Assembly: GCA_963700635.1 (NCBI GenBank)
Contig: CAVOYH010000003.1
Coordinates: 288,001 to 352,000, forward strand
DNA length: 64,000 nucleotides
Origin: an uncultured Bacteroidota bacterium
GTDB lineage: Bacteria; Bacteroidota; Ignavibacteria; UBA10030; UBA6906
Direction of reading: 5' to 3'
The position numbers and the translations under genes are program-made. Within the stretch, counting starts at the first letter, position 1; each line of letters starts with the position of its first letter. Below are positions 9,339 to 19,349 of the stretch, in pieces. A model generated the notes under the pieces. That model was not told where the DNA came from. It worked only from the letters and a program-made list of their open reading frames with translations, and did no database searches.

Positions 9339-9806
9339 TCAACGCATCTCTCCATGCCCCACCGTGGCATGGCAATGCACGCACAGCCGCCCTTCGCCGC
9401 TCTTGCCGGGTCGATCCGCGATATGGATGACGAGGTCATTGTGGCACCGCACGCAATTCTCTTCCAGGTTTTCGCGATTCATGGTGGTCATCTGGAGACG
9501 CTCCGGGTAGTCCCTGAAGGTGAATTTCCAGGAATGACGGATTCCATTTTCTGCTTTGGCAAAGTACTTCGGGAACAGACTGACCGGCGTGTGGCAATCG
9601 TTGCAGGCGGCATAGGCGTGATGACCACTTTTTTGCCAGGAGTCCAGATAGTCGCGCATAATATGGCAGTTGGCGCACGACCGGGGGTCGTTACTGAAGT
9701 ACGACCCCCCTTCGGCATATCCCCAGGTAAAAAGGGCAAGTCCCGCAAACACACCGAGCGAGAGTGCCATCAACACCATTTTCACTTGAACGGTCGGACC
9801 AGCCAC
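9339..9806 (-). CDS. nrfH: Cytochrome c nitrite reductase small subunit (NapC/NirT family)
   Basis: N-terminal TM helix; CANCHIM, CNDCH, CVRCH, CVHCH; directly upstream of nrfA. Confidence 0.95.
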   Translation of the reverse strand: MAGPTVQVKMVLMALSLGVFAGLALFTWGYAEGGSYFSNDPRSCANCHIMRDYLDSWQKSGHHAYAACNDCHTPVSLFPKYFAKAENGIRHSWKFTFRDYPERLQMTTMNRENLEENCVRCHNDLVIHIADRPGKSGEGRLCVHCHATVGHGEMR

Positions 9807-9847
9807 GAAGGTGCCCTTCGATTTCGGATAGTTCTATCTGAATTAAG

Positions 9848-9877
9848 CAAAAAAAAAGAGCCACATTCAAGGCTCTT
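9848..9877 (-). terminator. Intrinsic terminator after tRNA-Val
   Basis: AAGAGCC-ttgaatgt-GGCTCTT followed by a T run on the minus strand. Confidence 0.8.
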
Positions 9878-9915
9878 CGGCAATTTACCCCAAAATTCGC
9901 ATCTCTTCAGCTTTG

Positions 9916-9990
9916 TGGACGCTGCAGGGTTCGAACCTGCGACCTTCGCCTTGTAAGGGCGACGCTCTGAACCAGCTGAGCTAAGCGTCC
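9916..9990 (-). tRNA. tRNA-Val(TAC)
   Basis: GGACGCTTAGCTCAGCTGG...CCTTACAAGG...GGTTCGAACCCTGCAGCGTCCA cloverleaf; CCA not encoded. Confidence 0.97.
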
Positions 9991-10016
9991 AAACGACGGG
10001 TGCTGATCTTACAACG

Positions 10017-10832
10017 TCAGGTAAACAACGCGCTGCTAAAATCTCTCCTGAACTTCCGGGTGGTCTCGTGCTCCTCACCCAGAACTTTGAAGATGGCCAC
10101 GCAGGCTTTTCGAGCCCCGTCATCGTCGTACATCCGCTCCCCCCTTATCACGTCTATAAACTTTGCGAGAGCCCTTTCGTAATCGAAGTTTCCCAGCGCC
10201 CGGAGGGCTTCAAGATAAATCTGCTTTACACTCCCATCCGGCAATGACCCGGGGTCTTCCAGTCTGGTGGTCAGCCCGGCAAATGTCCGGATCGCGTCCA
10301 CCATGGCAAAATGGGGGGAATCTTCTTCGATCCCTGTCACAAGCTCAAGCGCCTTGCCGGGAGCAGCTTCAAGATAGCTCCCGGCCAGAAGAACACGGGC
10401 CTGTTCGTTTCCTGTGTCTTTCTGCAGCACCTGACCGAGCAGCGCCTGCCCTTCAAGCAATTTTCCCTGCTGTAACAACTCCTCTGCGCGCGTGACATCT
10501 TTGTTCAGGGGGTTTGGCAATGCCCGGTTGAGCCATTGGACAACAGCCGGTTCCGGCAGGGCCCCCGTGAATTCGTCAATCACCTTGCCGTCGGCAAAGA
10601 GCTTCACATTGGGAATTCCCCGGATCCCGTACCGCGTCGCAATCTCTTGATTGTGGTCCGTGTCAACTTTTGCCAGTACCCATCGGCCGTTTGCCTGCCC
10701 GGCGAGGCGTTCGAGCACCGGCCCGAGCATCCGGCAGGGTGCGCACCACGCAGCCCAGAAGTCCACCAGAACCGGGACATTCCGGCTCCGGTCCACCACA
10801 TCACGTTCAAAGTCCTGTATTTCGAAGCTCAT
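10017..10832 (-). CDS. Thioredoxin with C-terminal TPR region (CnoX/YbbN-like)
   Basis: DFWAAWCAPC active site, GIP cis-Pro, C-terminal DDDGARK TPR_20-like tail. Confidence 0.9.
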   Translation of the reverse strand: MSFEIQDFERDVVDRSRNVPVLVDFWAAWCAPCRMLGPVLERLAGQANGRWVLAKVDTDHNQEIATRYGIRGIPNVKLFADGKVIDEFTGALPEPAVVQWLNRALPNPLNKDVTRAEELLQQGKLLEGQALLGQVLQKDTGNEQARVLLAGSYLEAAPGKALELVTGIEEDSPHFAMVDAIRTFAGLTTRLEDPGSLPDGSVKQIYLEALRALGNFDYERALAKFIDVIRGERMYDDDGARKACVAIFKVLGEEHETTRKFRRDFSSALFT

Positions 10833-10872
10833 CAAGAAACCACTGTGTCCGGGAACTCAATCATTCTTCTCT

Positions 10873-10901
10873 AACATACGATACGAGCGACTCATGGTCA
10901 A
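10873..10901 (-). promoter_or_regulatory. Sigma70-type promoter for the thioredoxin gene
   Basis: TTGACC-17 nt-TATGTT on the minus strand. Confidence 0.6.
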
Positions 10902-10917
10902 GTCCCCCCCCCATCAT

Positions 10918-11493
10918 TCATGGCTCGTAGGTGAGTGCAAAGGAAAGCCCGTCCATCCGGACGGAGTAGGCCGTTCCGGCCAGATCATGTAATGGATGAT
11001 ATCGTACGCCCGGCGTGAAGGTCACACCCCGGAAAGTGAACGGCTCCATCGTTGCTGAGACGTCAGCATTCTTTATTACCGTGATATCCTCCGCGCGGCG
11101 TTTGAACGACGCCACCTCGTCGTCGTCCTCAACAATTTCCATCCAGACGGTAAGCCCCCGGATCTCATGCTCCTTCGTCATGGCAGCAGACGCGGGCGGA
11201 CCGTTCTCCAGTGCGATGCGCACCAGGAAATGGAGCGGTGTACGCACACCGCCATTGTCGTACATCAGGATCACCTGTTCTTCCTGGTTCTCATCGAGGC
11301 GTCTGCTCACTTCCGAATCTCCCTGATACCGGAATCCGATGCGGTTAACAAAGAACCAGAGTTTGTATACCGGAGCACCGTCGGCATTATAGAACTGTTT
11401 GATCACCGGTTCGGATTTATCCTGCGCACTCGTGCCGTTCACCATAAACAGGCACAGAAGCAGGCACAACCACCATCGTATGTTTGTGTTCAT
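10918..11493 (-). CDS. Exported hypothetical protein
   Basis: Signal peptide (..TSA|QDK); RBS GAGGAGGA. Confidence 0.7.
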   Translation of the reverse strand: MNTNIRWWLCLLLCLFMVNGTSAQDKSEPVIKQFYNADGAPVYKLWFFVNRIGFRYQGDSEVSRRLDENQEEQVILMYDNGGVRTPLHFLVRIALENGPPASAAMTKEHEIRGLTVWMEIVEDDDEVASFKRRAEDITVIKNADVSATMEPFTFRGVTFTPGVRYHPLHDLAGTAYSVRMDGLSFALTYEP

Positions 11494-11571
11494 GCTATCC
11501 TCCTCGTCATGTGAAAGGCCCTCTCCCGGTTCTTCTCCCCTGTTCCCTTTCTGCGCCGGGTCTAAGCGTGT

Positions 11572-13929
11572 TTACCATGATTGGTGTTCTGTACGTTCAA
11601 TAATTTCGTCCTGCAGAGCCTTGCCGAGATTGCAGAAGTAATCGCTGTATCCGGCCACCCGCACAATGAGGTCGCGATGCTCTTCAGGGTGCTGTTGGGC
11701 AGCCCGCAGGGTTGCGCCATCGACAATATTAAACTGGATATGGTGGCCGCCCATGGCGAAATATGCGCGAACCAACCGTGTGAGGTGTTCAATGCCCTCT
11801 TCTCCCTCCACCAGACCCGGCGTAAATTTCTGGTTCAGCAGCGTTCCGCCGGTACGCACGTGGTCCATTTTTGCGGCCGAGCGTAACACCGCGGTAGGGC
11901 CGGCCCGATCTGCTCCCTGCACCGGAGAAATCCCCTCGGAAAGCGGCATGCCCCCCCTTCTGCCGTCGGGGGTCGCTCCAGTAATGGACCCAAAGTACAC
12001 ATGGCAGGTGGTCGGAAGCATTTGAATCCGGTACACACCGCCCTTCGTATTGGGCCGTCCATTCACAGATTCGTAGAACATCTCGAACCCCTCACGCATC
12101 AAGTCGTCTGCCCGGTCATCGTCGTTGCCATACCGGGAGGTCCGGTTCAGCAACAGATGACGCAGTCGTTCGTTTCCTTCAAAGTCACTCCCGAGCGCCT
12201 GAAGCAATTCGTCCATCCTGACGTTCCGTGTTTCAAAGACGTGCGTCTGTAAAGCAGAAAAACAGTCCGCGAGAGTCCCGATCCCGACACCCTGGATATA
12301 GTTCGTATTATACCGCGCGCCACCATCCGCATAGTCCTTTCCGTTCCGTATACAATCATCGATAAGAATGGAGAGAAACGGCGTTGGCGCATACTGCGCA
12401 TACAGGCGTTCGATAACGTTGTTTCCGCGCATCTTGATGTCCACGAAATGCCTGAGTTGCGCGCGATACGCGTGCAGGACATCGTCGAATGAGTGAAACG
12501 TCCGCGGGTCACCCGTGCGCAGGCCGATAGTCTTCCCTGTGCGGGGATCAATGCCGTTATGTAGCGTGACCTCGAGGATCTTCGGAAAGTTGAGATATCC
12601 GGTAAGAATGTAGCTCTCCTTGCCGAATGCGCCGGTTTCCACGCAGCCGCTTGTTCCCCCGCATCGCGCGTCCTCGATACTTTTCCCCTGCCGGAGCATC
12701 TCCTCCACCACTGTATCGGCGTTGAAGATGGATGGCTGACCCCATCCTTTCCGGACAATCCGGAGGGCCCGTTTCAGGAACTCGTCGGGATTCTTGCGAC
12801 TCAACTGAATATTGGAACTGGGTTGCACCAGGCGCATATCATCAATAACTTCCAGCACAAGGTATGTCACGTCGTTCACGGCGTCCGATCCATCAACACA
12901 CATTCCCCCCGAATTGATGTTCGCAAAGTCCGTGTACGTTGCACTCTCCGCTGCAGTGACGCCGACTTTGGGGGGTGCAGGCTGGTTGTTAAATTTGATC
13001 CAGAGACACTCCAGCAGTTCCATGGCCCGGTCAGTCGTGAGCGATCCCTGCGCAAGCCCGGTCTGATAGAAGGGAAGCAGGTGCTGATCAAGGCGGCCGG
13101 GATTGAACGAATCCCATGGGTTCAGTTCCGTGACGACCCCCAGATGGACGAACCAGTATGCCTGCAGTGCTTCATGGAAAGTGCGGGGTGCATGTGCGGG
13201 TACTCTGCGGCAGAGGGAGGCGAGCTGCGCGAGTTCCGCATGCCGCACCGGGTCGGTACACCGGGCCGCCTGTTCGTCAAGCGCCTGCGCATGCCGCTCT
13301 GCAAAATGTATCATCGTTTCGGCGGTAATCCGCATGCCGCGCAACTCTTCCTGCTTCCCGTACGCTCCGGGATCCTGGTAAAAATCAAGGTGGTCCAGAT
13401 GGAGATCAATCTCCCGGATAACATCCAGCATGCCCCGGTGATAAATCTTGTCGTCGAGCACGGTGTGCCCCGGGGCGCGCTGTTCCATAAACTCGGTGAA
13501 CATCCCCGCGTGATACGCATCGTGCCAGGGGGGGGTCATTTCCGTGAACACCTTCTCGCGAATGGTGCGACCCTGCCAGAATGGTATGATGGTCTCTGCA
13601 TAGTGTTTCCGCACATCATCACTCACCGCATAGGCGACGTGGGGGCGCGTGTGCAGAAGAGTCAGATCTTCAAGCGTGTGACAGCAGATTTCGGGATACG
13701 TCGGGGTTGCCCGCGGTGCCGGCCCACGCTCTCCGACGATCAGTTCGCCGGCATCGATGAAAATGGTCTTATGGGCCATCACGTGTTTGAATACCAGGGC
13801 CCGCATGACCGGTGCAGAATGGAAACCCATCGTGCGATACGCCTCCGTCACCAGCAGCGCCCGTTCGGCCGAGAGATATGGCTGTGTTTCACAACTTACC
13901 GCACGTAATTTCCGCACGCGTTCGGTCAT
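11572..13929 (-). CDS. hypD: Glycyl radical enzyme, trans-4-hydroxy-L-proline dehydratase
   Basis: RVAGYS glycyl loop; SGCVETG Cys loop; HypD-type EQRAPGH, NPWD, ESATYTDF and LPTTCH segments. Confidence 0.88.
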   Translation of the reverse strand: MTERVRKLRAVSCETQPYLSAERALLVTEAYRTMGFHSAPVMRALVFKHVMAHKTIFIDAGELIVGERGPAPRATPTYPEICCHTLEDLTLLHTRPHVAYAVSDDVRKHYAETIIPFWQGRTIREKVFTEMTPPWHDAYHAGMFTEFMEQRAPGHTVLDDKIYHRGMLDVIREIDLHLDHLDFYQDPGAYGKQEELRGMRITAETMIHFAERHAQALDEQAARCTDPVRHAELAQLASLCRRVPAHAPRTFHEALQAYWFVHLGVVTELNPWDSFNPGRLDQHLLPFYQTGLAQGSLTTDRAMELLECLWIKFNNQPAPPKVGVTAAESATYTDFANINSGGMCVDGSDAVNDVTYLVLEVIDDMRLVQPSSNIQLSRKNPDEFLKRALRIVRKGWGQPSIFNADTVVEEMLRQGKSIEDARCGGTSGCVETGAFGKESYILTGYLNFPKILEVTLHNGIDPRTGKTIGLRTGDPRTFHSFDDVLHAYRAQLRHFVDIKMRGNNVIERLYAQYAPTPFLSILIDDCIRNGKDYADGGARYNTNYIQGVGIGTLADCFSALQTHVFETRNVRMDELLQALGSDFEGNERLRHLLLNRTSRYGNDDDRADDLMREGFEMFYESVNGRPNTKGGVYRIQMLPTTCHVYFGSITGATPDGRRGGMPLSEGISPVQGADRAGPTAVLRSAAKMDHVRTGGTLLNQKFTPGLVEGEEGIEHLTRLVRAYFAMGGHHIQFNIVDGATLRAAQQHPEEHRDLIVRVAGYSDYFCNLGKALQDEIIERTEHQSW

Positions 13930-13933
13930 ACTC

Positions 13934-14836
13934 TTATCCTCGTCTGCGCACGGTAAAGCCGCACGCCGTCAGGGTCTCTGCGATCTCTTCAAGTCGTTGC
14001 CCCGGCAGAGCTGAAACATCCGTCATCCGGTGCCGCATGCCAAGACCTGCATACTTCGAAGCAGCGCCGGCATGATACGGCAGGAGGTGAACCTCCCGGA
14101 CCGTGCCCAGCTCTGTGAGCAGGCGTGCGAGTCCGCGGATATTCTCATCATCGTCATTGACCCCGGGGATGACGGGTACACGCACGGCCACGGAGGCATT
14201 CCTTGACGCAAGATAACGCAAATTCTCCATGATGCGAACGTTTGACCAGCCCGTGAGCTGTTTATGGCGCTCTTCGTCGATCAATTTCACATCAAACAGA
14301 AACAAATCCGTGTATGCACACACCTCCTCCAACCGATCCGGTGTCGTAAGCCCCGATGTTTCCACCGCGGTGTGCAGTCCGTTGGCTTTGCATGCCTTAA
14401 GTGCCGGGAGAAGAAAATCGAACTGGTGAAGGGGCTCGCCGCCCGAAAACGTTACCCCTCCTCCCGATTCATCGTAGAAGATGCGGTCCTTGAGGACCTC
14501 CGCAATCAGGTCTTCCACGCCGATCTCCCGTCCGATGGATTCCCGCGCATCCATGACACACTGGTCTGTGCAGGACCCGCACACCACGCATCGTTGGGTA
14601 TCACGGCTCACCCGCGTCTCCTCCAGCGTGAGGGCGTGTTGCGGACAATGGTTGACACACTCGCCACAGAGAACGCAGCGCTCCACGTGATAGGCAATCT
14701 CAATCCCGCCCCGGAGGCCTTCGGGGTTGTGGCACCACGGGCACGACAGAGGGCATCCTTTGAGGAAGACGGTGGTCCGGATACCCGGTCCGTCGTGTAC
14801 GGCATAACGCATAATATTGAATATCGTTCCGTGCAC
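13934..14836 (-). CDS. Glycyl-radical enzyme activase (radical SAM with 2x[4Fe-4S] insert)
   Basis: HDGPGIRT, CPLSCPWCHNPE, two ferredoxin CxxCxxCxxxC motifs, SGGEP; GTG start just after the peptidase stop. Confidence 0.95.
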   Translation of the reverse strand: MHGTIFNIMRYAVHDGPGIRTTVFLKGCPLSCPWCHNPEGLRGGIEIAYHVERCVLCGECVNHCPQHALTLEETRVSRDTQRCVVCGSCTDQCVMDARESIGREIGVEDLIAEVLKDRIFYDESGGGVTFSGGEPLHQFDFLLPALKACKANGLHTAVETSGLTTPDRLEEVCAYTDLFLFDVKLIDEERHKQLTGWSNVRIMENLRYLASRNASVAVRVPVIPGVNDDDENIRGLARLLTELGTVREVHLLPYHAGAASKYAGLGMRHRMTDVSALPGQRLEEIAETLTACGFTVRRRG

Positions 14837-14843
14837 GGTCAGG

Positions 14844-16043
14844 TCAGGGCCGGGAAGGGATAAGCCGTAGTGTTGTTTGCGGCCGGGAAAGATATTCCGC
14901 ACCATCATGGGTCACGACGACCATCTCCTCCACCGTTACGACACCGAATCCCTCCACAGTAAGTCGCGGCTCCAGCGTGAACACCATTCCCTCTTCCAGC
15001 CGAGCGAATGGTTTGTTACCATACTTCTCCCAGCGTGGAGCGAGCAATGCTGTTCCGTCGTGCGCAAATCTCCCCACCTGATGTCCCACAGCGTGGGGGA
15101 ATTCTGCGTATCCCCCGCGGGTGACCGTTGTGCGCGCGGCGTTGTCAATGCTGATTCCCTGGACGCCGGGTTTTATGGCGGCACGGGCGGTTTCAATTGC
15201 TTCTCTGATCGTATCAAACCCCCGTTGCACTTCCGCCGGCGCCTTTGTTTCGCCCGGACGAAGAACATAGAATGAGCGTTGGATATCCGAAACGTATTCT
15301 TCGACACGAACCCCAAAATCCATGTTCAGGACATGCCCGGGGCAGACAACCCGTTCAGTCGGATGGTAGTGAGCTCCGGCGGTATCCGGACCGGTAAAGA
15401 CGGCGGGGCACGTCCGGGGATCCCATGCAAAACCGAGATGCCGGCGCTCCACTTCGGCGCGCATAAAAGCGGCGATGTCCGTCTCGGTCTTCCCGGCCTG
15501 GATGTACAGCCCGGCCGCATCGAATATCTCTTCCGTATGCCGGATAGCTTCCCTGATGAGCACAAGCTCACCGGGGGTTTTCCGCTGACGCAGGGCGGAG
15601 ATAATCTGCTCGGCCGACACAACCCGGTCCGCAAGCCCCGCTTCGGTCAGCAGTCCCATCATGGTCAAATACATTCCATGCGTAAGTCCATCGCAGATCT
15701 CGGAATCCATGGAATAGTTGAGCGCGATCTTGCCCGGCGTGCGCCGGGAAAATTCCGCCAGCAGGGGGGCGCGGATACCTTCAACATAATCCACCACACG
15801 GTCGTAGGCACCGGTGTCTACCACCATCTGCCGATCGTACTTCCCCACGATGGCGGTCCGGGACCCATCATCACCGATGATCAGTGCACTCTGCCAGGTG
15901 AGGTCAGAAGGGACGAGGTACGGAATAATGGGGTCGCGCTGGAGCGCTGTTTCACGCACAAAAGTGATCCAGCAATCAACGTCGAATTCTTTCAGGAGGG
16001 CAGTCGCCTGCGCGATCTTTTCTCCGATCAGTTCGTAGGCCAT
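14844..16043 (-). CDS. Xaa-Pro peptidase (M24B)
   Basis: DFG, SDIQR, HAVGHQVG..HD, LEP and EE metal-site motifs. Confidence 0.9.
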   Translation of the reverse strand: MAYELIGEKIAQATALLKEFDVDCWITFVRETALQRDPIIPYLVPSDLTWQSALIIGDDGSRTAIVGKYDRQMVVDTGAYDRVVDYVEGIRAPLLAEFSRRTPGKIALNYSMDSEICDGLTHGMYLTMMGLLTEAGLADRVVSAEQIISALRQRKTPGELVLIREAIRHTEEIFDAAGLYIQAGKTETDIAAFMRAEVERRHLGFAWDPRTCPAVFTGPDTAGAHYHPTERVVCPGHVLNMDFGVRVEEYVSDIQRSFYVLRPGETKAPAEVQRGFDTIREAIETARAAIKPGVQGISIDNAARTTVTRGGYAEFPHAVGHQVGRFAHDGTALLAPRWEKYGNKPFARLEEGMVFTLEPRLTVEGFGVVTVEEMVVVTHDGAEYLSRPQTTLRLIPSRP

Positions 16044-16126
16044 ACAGGAAGATACGATAACGAAGGACCGGAATCAAAGGGATGAAGATTTCAGGGTGAA
16101 AACCGTGGAAACCCGGCGCTGAAGGG

Positions 16127-16453
16127 CTATGCCTTCCAGAGCAGGAGCATTCCGATGCAGATTGTTCCCAGAGCAATCATCTTCTGCAGGCTCAGAGCCT
16201 CTTTGAAGAAAGCGACTGACAGCCCCGTGATCAACAGAATACTCGCTGCGGACAGGATCGGATAGGCAACCCCGAGGTCAAGTCCTTCGAGCGACTTGAT
16301 GTACAGAAGAGTATTTCCAAGCCCAAGAGCAAGTGCAAGGAGTAAAAAACCGATTTTCTGGAAAGTCCATACGGGCATCCCCGAGGCATATTTGAACAGC
16401 ACGTTTGCCGCAGAATTCAGAATAATGGCGATTGTCAACAGCGAGTAAGCCAT
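16127..16453 (-). CDS. SMR/EamA-family small membrane transporter
   Basis: Four TM helices, LGVAYP motif, about 108 aa. Confidence 0.8.
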   Translation of the reverse strand: MAYSLLTIAIILNSAANVLFKYASGMPVWTFQKIGFLLLALALGLGNTLLYIKSLEGLDLGVAYPILSAASILLITGLSVAFFKEALSLQKMIALGTICIGMLLLWKA

Positions 16454-16489
16454 GCCGAATTTTCCTTCCTCGAACACGATGCGCACCTT

Positions 16490-18898
16490 TTAGGCACCCA
16501 CGGAGGGCTGTGCGATATCCTCGAACCGTATACGAAACAGGGTCCCTTCTTCGCGGAGTATCTCCAGATGACCCTGCAACTGGCGTGTCAGAATACTCAC
16601 CAGATGCAGCCCCAGACTCTTTGCCTCCGCCGGGTGTATATCCTCCGGGATACCGATCCCATTATCCTGAACCTCCAGCACGAAAAGGTCGGGTGTTTGC
16701 TGGCGGAGCGAAACACTGATCCGTCCCGACCGGCCATCCGGAAAAGCATGTTTCAGGGCATTGGTAATCAGTTCATTGATGATCAGCCCGCAGGGGATTG
16801 CTGTATCGATGGGCAGGCGGACCTCTTCAACATCAACCTGATAGGTCACCCCTCCATGTCCGAACGTATGAAAGAGGGAGACCACGAGAGATTCAATATA
16901 TTCTCTGAACTCCACCCGGGCAAAGTCTTCCGACTTGTACAGACGTTCATGGATAAGCGCCATAGAGCGAACGCGGCTTTCACTTTCCATAAACACCGCC
17001 CGGTCGCGCGGGTCGTTGAGTGTTTCGGCCTGAAGGTTGAGCAGACTTGAGATGATCTGGAGATTGTTCTTCACCCGGTGATGCACTTCCTTGAGCAGAA
17101 CCTCCTTTTCATGCAAAGCCCGTTCCAGTACTTCCGCGGTGCGTTTCTGGTCGGTGATGTCCACAACAATACCACGGATTCCGGCGGGACGGTTTTCCAC
17201 ATTGATCGTTGCCGTATAGATGAGTGCCGGAAACTCCGTTCCATCCCGGCGTACCATCTGATATTCATTCCCGGAGAGACGCTGCCCCTCCAGAACGCGG
17301 CGGATGTTCTCTGCCGCGCGCGAACGATCTGCCGCGCTCACCACATCGAGCAGGAAGAACCCCGTAGTAAGATCTTCCGGGGTATATTCGAACGTCGCAA
17401 AAGCCGCATGGTTCGTGAACGTCAGGCGTCCATTCACATCAGCTTCGAAAACAGGCTGCGGGAGGAGTTCTGCCATCTGCTGGAATTTGCGCTCGCTCTC
17501 CCGGAACGCTTTTTCGGCCTGACGGCGATCGCGGATTTCCTGTTCGAGTCCGGAATGCAGTATTCCGAGATTCTCAGCCATTTCGTTAAATGCCCGGCCG
17601 AGTATCTCTATTTCATCGGCCATCGTCAGCGTGTTCACACGCACATCCCGCTCCCCCCTGCCAAAGAGCTGCACCGCATTCGTAAGGCGGCGCATGGGAC
17701 TCCCCACAATCAACCATATCACCACGCCTGCAGTCGCGGACATGATCACCAGAGCCGCCGCAAGCCGTATGAATGATGTCTGCTCGAACAACCGTAGTTC
17801 ACCAAGGACTTCATCCGTAGGACGTGTCACGACCAGCTTCCATGACGTCCCCGGAACCCCGGCATACACCAGGAGCATGCCGGAATTGTCATCCTGCACG
17901 TACCCATCCACGCCGCTGGAAATCTGTACGAGGGTCTGTGCCGAAAAGTCCGTTTCCGCCGATTGTCCGGCGCGGATCCCTTCATGGTGACTCACATAAC
18001 GGTCTAGGGTATCGAGAACAAACCACTGGTTCACCCCGAGGAGCACATCACGGGCTACCGTTCTATTCCCCCCGCGTTCCGCGCCCACCGAAAGCCCTCT
18101 GGCCAGGACACGCATGTATCCTAATTCCCCCTCGGCGCGTTGTTCAAGCACCATGGTTTTCAGATTGTTGCGCGTGAAAACCGCTACAATTGCCAGAGGT
18201 AACAGGGAGAGCAATAGAAACCAGAACGTAAGACGTAGTCCCAGGATCCGGCGGTAGGTGCCTGTTACACGAACCGGCTGCACAACTTCCTGCCGGTCGA
18301 GAATCCAGAGTGGTGCGCGATAGTTGCGTGGGAGGACCAGAAAGAAGAGCGATGTTGTGACTGCCGTCAGGGTATATTCAACAACCCAGCCCTGCAGGAG
18401 GATTAAAATCGATTCGGAGAGCGGGAGATTCTGGGGTAGAATGCGGAAAAAGAACTCAGGGAAAAGCACCCGCACGGAAAGGAGAACGGGAATAGCGACG
18501 ATAAAGTAGTAAATGAAGAGAATGCCGTTCCAGCCCAGAAGCAGGGCAGGCATGCGGATCTGATCATGAGCAAGGCGCCTGTAGGCCCATCCGATCCAGA
18601 GGCAACCCACGACATGCATCGCAACAACGTAGAGTCGCACCGAAGGATCGGGATCGCCGAGACCGGCAAGAATGCCGATGATCACTCCTCCGACCGGTCC
18701 GGTAAATGCCGCACCAATGGTGACAAATATCTCCCGGGGGTCGGTAATAACTCCTGTCCCGGGAATACGTACGTGCAGGCCCGCAAGAATGGTGAACAGC
18801 GCCGCAGCACCAAAGGAAACCGACACCAGCAGGATCTTGGGCGTTGCGAGCCTGAGGTAAAGGCGCTCCCCTGGGGTGGGATTCCCCACGTTATTCAA
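16490..18898 (-). CDS. Sensor histidine kinase (LytS-type TM, Cache-like, HAMP, PAS, HisKA_2, HATPase)
   Basis: DPRE...FTGPVGG LytS-like N-terminus; DEIEILGRAFNEM HAMP; EVHHRVKNNLQ H-box; NALKHAF, DNGIG. Confidence 0.92.
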   Translation of the reverse strand: MNNVGNPTPGERLYLRLATPKILLVSVSFGAAALFTILAGLHVRIPGTGVITDPREIFVTIGAAFTGPVGGVIIGILAGLGDPDPSVRLYVVAMHVVGCLWIGWAYRRLAHDQIRMPALLLGWNGILFIYYFIVAIPVLLSVRVLFPEFFFRILPQNLPLSESILILLQGWVVEYTLTAVTTSLFFLVLPRNYRAPLWILDRQEVVQPVRVTGTYRRILGLRLTFWFLLLSLLPLAIVAVFTRNNLKTMVLEQRAEGELGYMRVLARGLSVGAERGGNRTVARDVLLGVNQWFVLDTLDRYVSHHEGIRAGQSAETDFSAQTLVQISSGVDGYVQDDNSGMLLVYAGVPGTSWKLVVTRPTDEVLGELRLFEQTSFIRLAAALVIMSATAGVVIWLIVGSPMRRLTNAVQLFGRGERDVRVNTLTMADEIEILGRAFNEMAENLGILHSGLEQEIRDRRQAEKAFRESERKFQQMAELLPQPVFEADVNGRLTFTNHAAFATFEYTPEDLTTGFFLLDVVSAADRSRAAENIRRVLEGQRLSGNEYQMVRRDGTEFPALIYTATINVENRPAGIRGIVVDITDQKRTAEVLERALHEKEVLLKEVHHRVKNNLQIISSLLNLQAETLNDPRDRAVFMESESRVRSMALIHERLYKSEDFARVEFREYIESLVVSLFHTFGHGGVTYQVDVEEVRLPIDTAIPCGLIINELITNALKHAFPDGRSGRISVSLRQQTPDLFVLEVQDNGIGIPEDIHPAEAKSLGLHLVSILTRQLQGHLEILREEGTLFRIRFEDIAQPSVGA

Positions 18899-19012
18899 TC
18901 CTTCCCGGGTTTTTCCCGCACTCGGCCATCAGCGCCTTTCTTTCCTCGACAAGAGCAGAACACATCCGCACTTTCCCTGAATCAGAAACCGCACCCTCTA
19001 CACCCAAGTTCA

Positions 19013-19225
19013 TCATGCCTGTTCATCGGACTTTTTCTGTCCGGCTGCATTCCATCCTTCCGCGATGAGCTTGTCAGTCAGCCGATCAGGATGATGGATC
19101 AATGCAGGGAGACATTGCGGGCAGATATTCGCTTCACGACCGGCCAGGCGGAGCATGAGGACCGGAAAATCGTGTTCCGAACGGCCACAGCTCAAACATG
19201 TCGCGATGTTGGGTGTGGAGGGCAT
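19013..19225 (-). CDS. Small putative zinc-ribbon protein (70 aa)
   Basis: CLSC...CPQC plus HH; RBS GAGGAG. Confidence 0.7.
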   Translation of the reverse strand: MPSTPNIATCLSCGRSEHDFPVLMLRLAGREANICPQCLPALIHHPDRLTDKLIAEGWNAAGQKKSDEQA

Positions 19226-19349
19226 ACGGTCAGTATCTCCTCGTCTCTCTTTTTCGTGATGATTGTGGGAACACGTGATTGGACACAAAGATTGATAAAC
19301 CCCGGTCGTTTGAATAACGCACGAACACACCTTGTATGTTCAGGCGAGA

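Noticed and set aside
8480-9956. Long plus-strand ORFs (316 and 311 aa)
   Set aside because: Antisense shadows of nrfA/nrfH with no recognisable motifs; common at high GC
11572-13929. Annotation as pyruvate formate-lyase or choline TMA-lyase
   Set aside because: Single Cys (GCVE) rather than PFL's CC, and HypD-type rather than CutC-type substrate segments
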